64,000 nucleotides of DNA from the NCBI GenBank assembly GCA_017656235.1, contig JACDOF010000016.1, forward strand, positions 126 through 64,125, given 5' to 3'. Of the stretch, positions 59,467 to 64,000 are shown piece after piece (position 1 is the first letter of the stretch; each line of letters opens with the position of its first letter). Both the position numbers and the translations under genes were made by a program. This stretch comes from Brevibacillus sp. (lineage in GTDB: Bacteria; Bacillota; Bacilli; Brevibacillales; Brevibacillaceae). The notes beneath the pieces are model-generated. The model had not been told where the DNA came from. It saw only the letters and a program-made list of their open reading frames with translations, and ran no database searches.

Positions 59467-60564
59467 ATGATTACGAAAGAGCAGGTACTGGAAGCACTGC
59501 GCGATGTTCACGACCCGGAAATCAACCGGAGTCTGGTAGAACTGAACATGATTCGCAATATTACCATTGAGGGAAAGCGCGTTGGACTCGACGTAATCTT
59601 GACAATAGCCGGCTGTCCGCTGAAAGCAAAGATTGAGGAGGATGTCAGGAACGCCATCAAGGCGTTGGGAGCAGAAGAAGTGGACGTCCGTTTTGGTTCC
59701 ATGACGGATGAAGAGAGAGCGGCATTAAGCGCACAACTGCGGGGAGGACAGCCCCAAAATCAGGCACCCGGACAAGCCCGGCCGCTCAATCCCATTCTGG
59801 CGGAAGGGTCTCCCACGGTTTTTATTGCGATTACGTCCGGCAAGGGCGGTGTCGGGAAGTCGACCGTTACCGTCAATCTCGCCGTCGCGTTGGCCCGGTT
59901 GGGTAAAAAAGTAGGCATCATTGATGCCGACATTTACGGGTTCAGCGTACCAGACATGATGAATATTGAACAGCGCCCGACCGTTATCGGGGAACTGATT
60001 CTGCCTGTAGAGAAGTTTGGGGTAAAAGTAATGTCCATGGGCTTTTTTGTGGAGGACAACTCACCGATCATCTGGCGTGGGCCCATGCTGGGCAAGATGC
60101 TCCGCAACTTTTTCGGCGAGGTGCATTGGGGCGAATTGGATTACCTGATCCTCGACCTGCCGCCCGGTACCGGCGATATGGCCCTCGATGTGCATACCAT
60201 GATCCCGCAAAGCAAGGAGATCATCGTCACCACGCCGCATGCCACGGCGGCGTTTGTCGCGGCGCGGGCAGGAGCGATGGCCATTCGCACCAATCACGAA
60301 ATCCTCGGCGTTGTGGAGAATATGGCATGGTACGAGGCCAAGGATGGCAGCAAAGAATACGTCTTTGGACGCGGCGGTGGAGCGAAGCTGGCAGAGCAGT
60401 TGTCCTGTGAACTGTTGGCGCAGATTCCGCTCGGACAGCCGGAGAACCACCCGGCAGAGCCGGATTACAGCCCATCCGTTTATAAGCAGGACACGCCGAA
60501 TGGCCGTTTGTATACGGAACTGGCGCAGCGTGTGCTCGAAAAAACAGGCAAAACAGGCGGTTAA
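59467..60564 (+). CDS. salA: Mrp/NBP35 P-loop ATPase (SalA/YbaL orthologue)
   Basis: N-terminal DUF59-like domain (DVHDPEI), SGKGGVGKST, DLPPGTGD, ENM; position after cwlD. Confidence 0.85.
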   Translation: MITKEQVLEALRDVHDPEINRSLVELNMIRNITIEGKRVGLDVILTIAGCPLKAKIEEDVRNAIKALGAEEVDVRFGSMTDEERAALSAQLRGGQPQNQAPGQARPLNPILAEGSPTVFIAITSGKGGVGKSTVTVNLAVALARLGKKVGIIDADIYGFSVPDMMNIEQRPTVIGELILPVEKFGVKVMSMGFFVEDNSPIIWRGPMLGKMLRNFFGEVHWGELDYLILDLPPGTGDMALDVHTMIPQSKEIIVTTPHATAAFVAARAGAMAIRTNHEILGVVENMAWYEAKDGSKEYVFGRGGGAKLAEQLSCELLAQIPLGQPENHPAEPDYSPSVYKQDTPNGRLYTELAQRVLEKTGKTGG

Positions 60565-60585
60565 GCCGTTTTCCTGTACCAGAGG

Positions 60586-60633
60586 AAAAAGGCTGCTCCC
60601 AGTATTTGACAAACGAGGAGCAGCCTTTTTCTA
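60586..60633. terminator. Terminator after salA/mrp
   Basis: AAAAAGGCTGCTCC / GGAGCAGCCTTTTT, 14 bp. Confidence 0.8.
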
Positions 60634-60727
60634 TGTGGTTCTAATCATCAACGACACAGTTGCGGCATCGCGGATGCGGCGTCGATACATTTCTAATTAG
60701 ATATTTATCAAAACAAAGGGTGGTTTT

Positions 60728-61396
60728 ATGCAGCTTGATGTTTTGGTCACCTTTCACAAAGCGGTTGCTGACGTGACCCGCATACGCATTTTATCCCTGC
60801 TTGCCACCAAACCCATGAGCGGTAGTGAGCTGGCTGAGCGCTTACAGTTAACGCCCGCCACGATCACACACCATACGCAGAAACTGAAAAAAGCCGGACT
60901 CATCAAGGAAAAAAGAGAGAAAAATACGATTACGTTCTTTTTGCTGCCCCGTGAACTGAGTCGTTTGGCCGCTGGCATCGTGCATGCGGTACTGCCGCCG
61001 GGACGAAAGGTGCTGGAGGAATGGGAAGTTTGGCGGGGGGAGGATCAAGTCGATGCACATGCCCAGGAACAAGCGGCTGACACAAGCAAAAGGAACGAAT
61101 GGGAGGTGGATCTGACTATGGAGAAGGAACGGGTAATTGCTCCTTTCTTTACGGCAGACGGAAGGTTGGCGCAAATTCCGGCGCAGTGGAAAAAACGAAT
61201 GTACGTTCTGGAAAAACTGGTAGCTGGCCTGGAAGTGGGGCGCTCTTACACGGAAAAGGAAATTAGCGATTACCTCAAACAGTACCACGAGGACTATGCG
61301 ACTCTGCGCCGTGAATTGATCATGAACCAGATCATGTATCGAACCAAAGGCATTTACACGCTTAATCCGCGGGAACTCTGGCGATCAACGGAGTGA
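60728..61396 (+). CDS. ArsR-like wHTH regulator fused to a DUF2087-like domain
   Basis: N-terminal AVADVTRIRIL..ELAERLQLTPATITHH..LKKAGL; C-terminal FFTADGRL..IPAQ..YTEKEI..HEDYATLRRELI. Confidence 0.8.
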   Translation: MQLDVLVTFHKAVADVTRIRILSLLATKPMSGSELAERLQLTPATITHHTQKLKKAGLIKEKREKNTITFFLLPRELSRLAAGIVHAVLPPGRKVLEEWEVWRGEDQVDAHAQEQAADTSKRNEWEVDLTMEKERVIAPFFTADGRLAQIPAQWKKRMYVLEKLVAGLEVGRSYTEKEISDYLKQYHEDYATLRRELIMNQIMYRTKGIYTLNPRELWRSTE

Positions 61397-61464
61397 AGCG
61401 GTGGATGGGCAATACGCGGGTGAACCGCCGTTGAGGTGGTTCACCAGTTGCGCAACAAGCGATC

Positions 61465-62088
61465 CTATTGGCTCATCAATTGACCGCCACCATCACCACT
61501 TTCCTGCTGATTGCCTTTCTCTTCTTTTTTTGGCTTCATCATCTCTTCGGTTGCTTTCGTCATCAGCTTCAACATTTCTTCCTGGAACAAGGGACTCTGC
61601 AAGGCTTCTTTCATGATTTGCATGGTCTGTTTGCGGTAGGCGGCGCTTTTCATCAGGTCCATCATTTGTTTTTCAAACTCGGGATCCTTCAGGATGTCCA
61701 TCATCATCTTTTGGTATTCCGGATCTTTCATCAGCTCTTTCATCAGCTTTTTATGCTCGTCTTTCATCGATTTCGCCAATGTCCCCGCAAATCTGGGATC
61801 TTTGAACGCTTCCTTGATGTGTGGGTTGTCCGGTTTGCTGATGCTTTGAATCAATGAGGTGCGTATTGTCTCTTGATCGAGCGCCAGATTTTGTTTGAAC
61901 TTTTCGTCCTTCATCATGTCGGCCAGCGCTTTCTTGGCGTCTTCGGTGTGCAGGATATCGAGAACCATCGTTTTAACGGATTTGTAATCAGGTTGGGCCG
62001 TTTGCTGCGTTTGCCCGCCGCAACTGCTGAGCAGGAACACTGTGACGAATAGAAAGATCAGCCAACAGGAGCTGCGCTGCTTCTTCAT
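61465..62088 (-). CDS. gerD: Spore germination lipoprotein GerD
   Basis: Lipobox LLSSC, PDYKSVKTMVLDILHTEDAKKA, helical repeats; divergent from kbaA. Confidence 0.92.
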   Translation of the reverse strand: MKKQRSSCWLIFLFVTVFLLSSCGGQTQQTAQPDYKSVKTMVLDILHTEDAKKALADMMKDEKFKQNLALDQETIRTSLIQSISKPDNPHIKEAFKDPRFAGTLAKSMKDEHKKLMKELMKDPEYQKMMMDILKDPEFEKQMMDLMKSAAYRKQTMQIMKEALQSPLFQEEMLKLMTKATEEMMKPKKEEKGNQQESGDGGGQLMSQ

Positions 62089-62213
62089 GGGATGGAAATG
62101 CCCTCCTTTTCCCCTAGCTATATTTAACGTGTGCAGGATGGACTGTTCTTACGCTAGTATTTTCTTGCACGTGTTGGTACAATCATAAGCGATGTGATGG
62201 GAGGGAATAAATC

Positions 62214-62801
62214 GTGAATCTGCGCAATTATGGCTGGTTGTTGGGCACCACGCTGCTGGTCGGCGGAGTGAGCGGCATCCTGGCCGGGTTTCTCGTCGCA
62301 TGGGACGAACTGGTAGGGGGCTCGTGGGGCAACCTCTTTGTTGGCACATTGGTTAATCTTTTGGTTGGTCTGACCATTGCCGTGCTGGCGGAGATGGGTT
62401 TTTTTGCGTACATGACGCTGAATTATCTGGTTCTCAGCTTTCTGAAAAACCCCGGGCTGTGGAAGAGTATTCAGGTGTTGTTGATTCTGTTTACCGCGTT
62501 TGACATGGTTTATCTGCGATACACTGTGTTTGGAGAAGGAGGACCGCTCTGGCCGTTTTTACTGGAACCGGCTGCCTTGCTGCTGATTGCCTTGGTGGCG
62601 GCGTACGGAAAAGTGAAGCTGACCAACCCAAGCGCTTGGGTTCCCACTGTATTCTTCCTGTTTGTCGTGACGGTATTGGAATGGGTGCCCGGCCTCAGGC
62701 AGAACAACATGAGTTCAGCCCTCTTTATGATCGTTCCGCTCATCTCCTGCAACATCTGGCAGGTGATGCACCTGCACCGCCTGACCAACAAGACAAGCTG
62801 A
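62214..62801 (+). CDS. kbaA: KinB signalling activator KbaA
   Basis: Multi-pass membrane protein with EMGFFAYMTLNY, KLTNPSAWVPTVFFLFVVTVLEWVP, CNIWQVMHLHRL. Confidence 0.9.
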   Translation: MNLRNYGWLLGTTLLVGGVSGILAGFLVAWDELVGGSWGNLFVGTLVNLLVGLTIAVLAEMGFFAYMTLNYLVLSFLKNPGLWKSIQVLLILFTAFDMVYLRYTVFGEGGPLWPFLLEPAALLLIALVAAYGKVKLTNPSAWVPTVFFLFVVTVLEWVPGLRQNNMSSALFMIVPLISCNIWQVMHLHRLTNKTS

Positions 62802-62827
62802 TCACGGTTCGCGATCAGCCTGTCTGT

Positions 62828-63595
62828 TCAGTTTACTTCCTGCAGTTTTACCTGTGACCCGGCGATGAGTTGAGAGACGGTGACGAACTCATATCCTTTA
62901 TCCCGAAGCTGGTCAATAATGATCGGCAGCGCTTTGTCGGTCTGTTTACAGGAATCGCTGGCGTGCATCAGAATTATGTCACCAGGATGTGCGTTGGCGA
63001 CAACGTTTTTGACGATTTCGTCGACACCCGGATTTAGCCAATCCTTGGAGTCTGTATCCCATTGGATTACCGTGTAGCCCATCTCTTGGGCAATACGCAG
63101 GACGCGCTTGTCGAAATCGCCGTTTGGCAAGCGGAGCAAGCTGGGCTTTTTTCCGGTCAGTTCGGTCAAGATGGTATGTGCCTTTCCGATCTGAGTGCGG
63201 ATCTCCTCCTCTGTATACTTGCTGTAATAATCGTACTTGTGACCGTGGGAGCCGATCTCATAGCCTTCTTCGATGATTCGTTTGACGATTTCCGGGTGTC
63301 GCTGACCCCAGGGGGAGGATATGAAGAAGGTGGCATTTTTCACGTTCTTCTGCTTCAAGACATCAAGGATGGGACCAGGCCTGACTTCGCCCCAGCTAAT
63401 GTCAAACGTAAGCGCTACTTTTTTCTCGTTGGTATCAACTTTATAGATCGCCTGCGGTTCTTTTGATTTTCCTTGCGTAAAGACAGCAATGGCATCCCGT
63501 TCGGTGTAGGCGATGACAATGGCAAACAGGAAAGCGGCAAAAATGATGAATAGTTGCTTTAGTTTTTTGATGCTGATGACAAACATAAACCTCAA
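62828..63595 (-). CDS. pdaB: Sporulation polysaccharide deacetylase PdaB
   Basis: ALTFDISWG, LRLPNGDF, GDIILMHASDS; TTG start with RBS AGGGGTG. Confidence 0.92.
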   Translation of the reverse strand: MRFMFVISIKKLKQLFIIFAAFLFAIVIAYTERDAIAVFTQGKSKEPQAIYKVDTNEKKVALTFDISWGEVRPGPILDVLKQKNVKNATFFISSPWGQRHPEIVKRIIEEGYEIGSHGHKYDYYSKYTEEEIRTQIGKAHTILTELTGKKPSLLRLPNGDFDKRVLRIAQEMGYTVIQWDTDSKDWLNPGVDEIVKNVVANAHPGDIILMHASDSCKQTDKALPIIIDQLRDKGYEFVTVSQLIAGSQVKLQEVN

Positions 63596-63627
63596 CTCAT
63601 CTCACCCCTTTACCCATGTCCCCTTAC

Positions 63628-63655
63628 ATTGTATGCAGAGCAGACAAGGATATTC
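63628..63655 (-). promoter_or_regulatory. Probable SigE promoter of pdaB
   Basis: On the minus strand GAATATC - 13 nt - CATACAAT; the -10 matches the sigma-E consensus. Confidence 0.6.
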
Positions 63656-63720
63656 TTTTGGGGAGCATAGATAAGAAAAGCAGCATATGCTTAACTATCC
63701 GACAAAAAGGAGCGAGTCGT

Positions 63721-64000
63721 TTGCTGTACAAGCTGAAGGAACTCTGGTGGGACAACAGATGGTATTTTGTGGCAGGATGTCTGTTGATGCTGGGGGGCGC
63801 CCTGGTTGGTTTTTTCCAGGCTGAGCGCATCCAGGATTTGGCCCAATCCATGCTGGCAGAGCTGGAAAAGATCGTGAAGACGATACAGGAAGATAACACG
63901 ACGGCAAATGTGTTCTGGCTGATCTTTAAAAATAATGTGACCAGCTCTGTGTTGATGATGGTGTTGGGACTGTTGTTTGCAGTCTTCCCCATCAGTGGTT
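63721..64000 (+). CDS. SpoIIM-like (DUF95) membrane protein, truncated by the window end
   Basis: Translated by hand from TTG 63721 (RBS AAGGAG): MLYKLKELWWDNRWYFVAGCLLMLGGALVGFF...VFWLIFKNNVTSSVLMMVLGLLFAVFP. The IFxNN motif is typical of the family; no stop before the edge. Confidence 0.7.
   Translation, partial: MLYKLKELWWDNRWYFVAGCLLMLGGALVGFFQAERIQDLAQSMLAELEKIVKTIQEDNTTANVFWLIFKNNVTSSVLMMVLGLLFAVFPISG

Noticed and set aside
60541-60558. Direct repeat AAAACAGGC x2 at the end of salA/mrp
   Set aside because: Two units encoding KTG-KTG in a variable tail; not a CRISPR array or meaningful repeat.

Overview
Core-chromosome window from an aerobic endospore-forming Firmicute, most likely Brevibacillus (inferred from gene order and protein similarity to Bacillus/Paenibacillus orthologues). 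Order: UgtP-like glycosyltransferase and HAD hydrolase; CtsR heat-shock operon (ctsR-mcsA-mcsB-clpC-radA-disA); pssA; a conserved Cys-containing hypothetical; yacL-ispD-ispF-gltX; T-box-cysE-cysS-mrnC-rlmB-rae1-sigH; rpmG-secE-nusG-rplKA-rplJL-rsmC-rpoBC-ybxF-rpsLG-fusA-tuf; an EamA transporter and a truncated haemoglobin inserted before the S10-spc-alpha ribosomal cluster; ecfA1A2T-truA-rplM-rpsI; and the sporulation block cwlD-salA/mrp-(ArsR-DUF2087)-gerD-kbaA-pdaB, ending in a truncated SpoIIM-like gene. I found no tRNA, rRNA, CRISPR array, prophage or transposase, and I cannot support a complete new multi-gene system. The best leads are a ~200-nt multibranched structured element upstream of ctsR, a degenerate MazG-fold protein with Cys motifs beside disA, an ArsR-DUF2087 gene with a strong in-frame internal start, and unexplained structured leaders or spacers at rpoB, rpsJ-rplC and the cysE T-box. 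All base pairings were worked out by eye, not by folding software.
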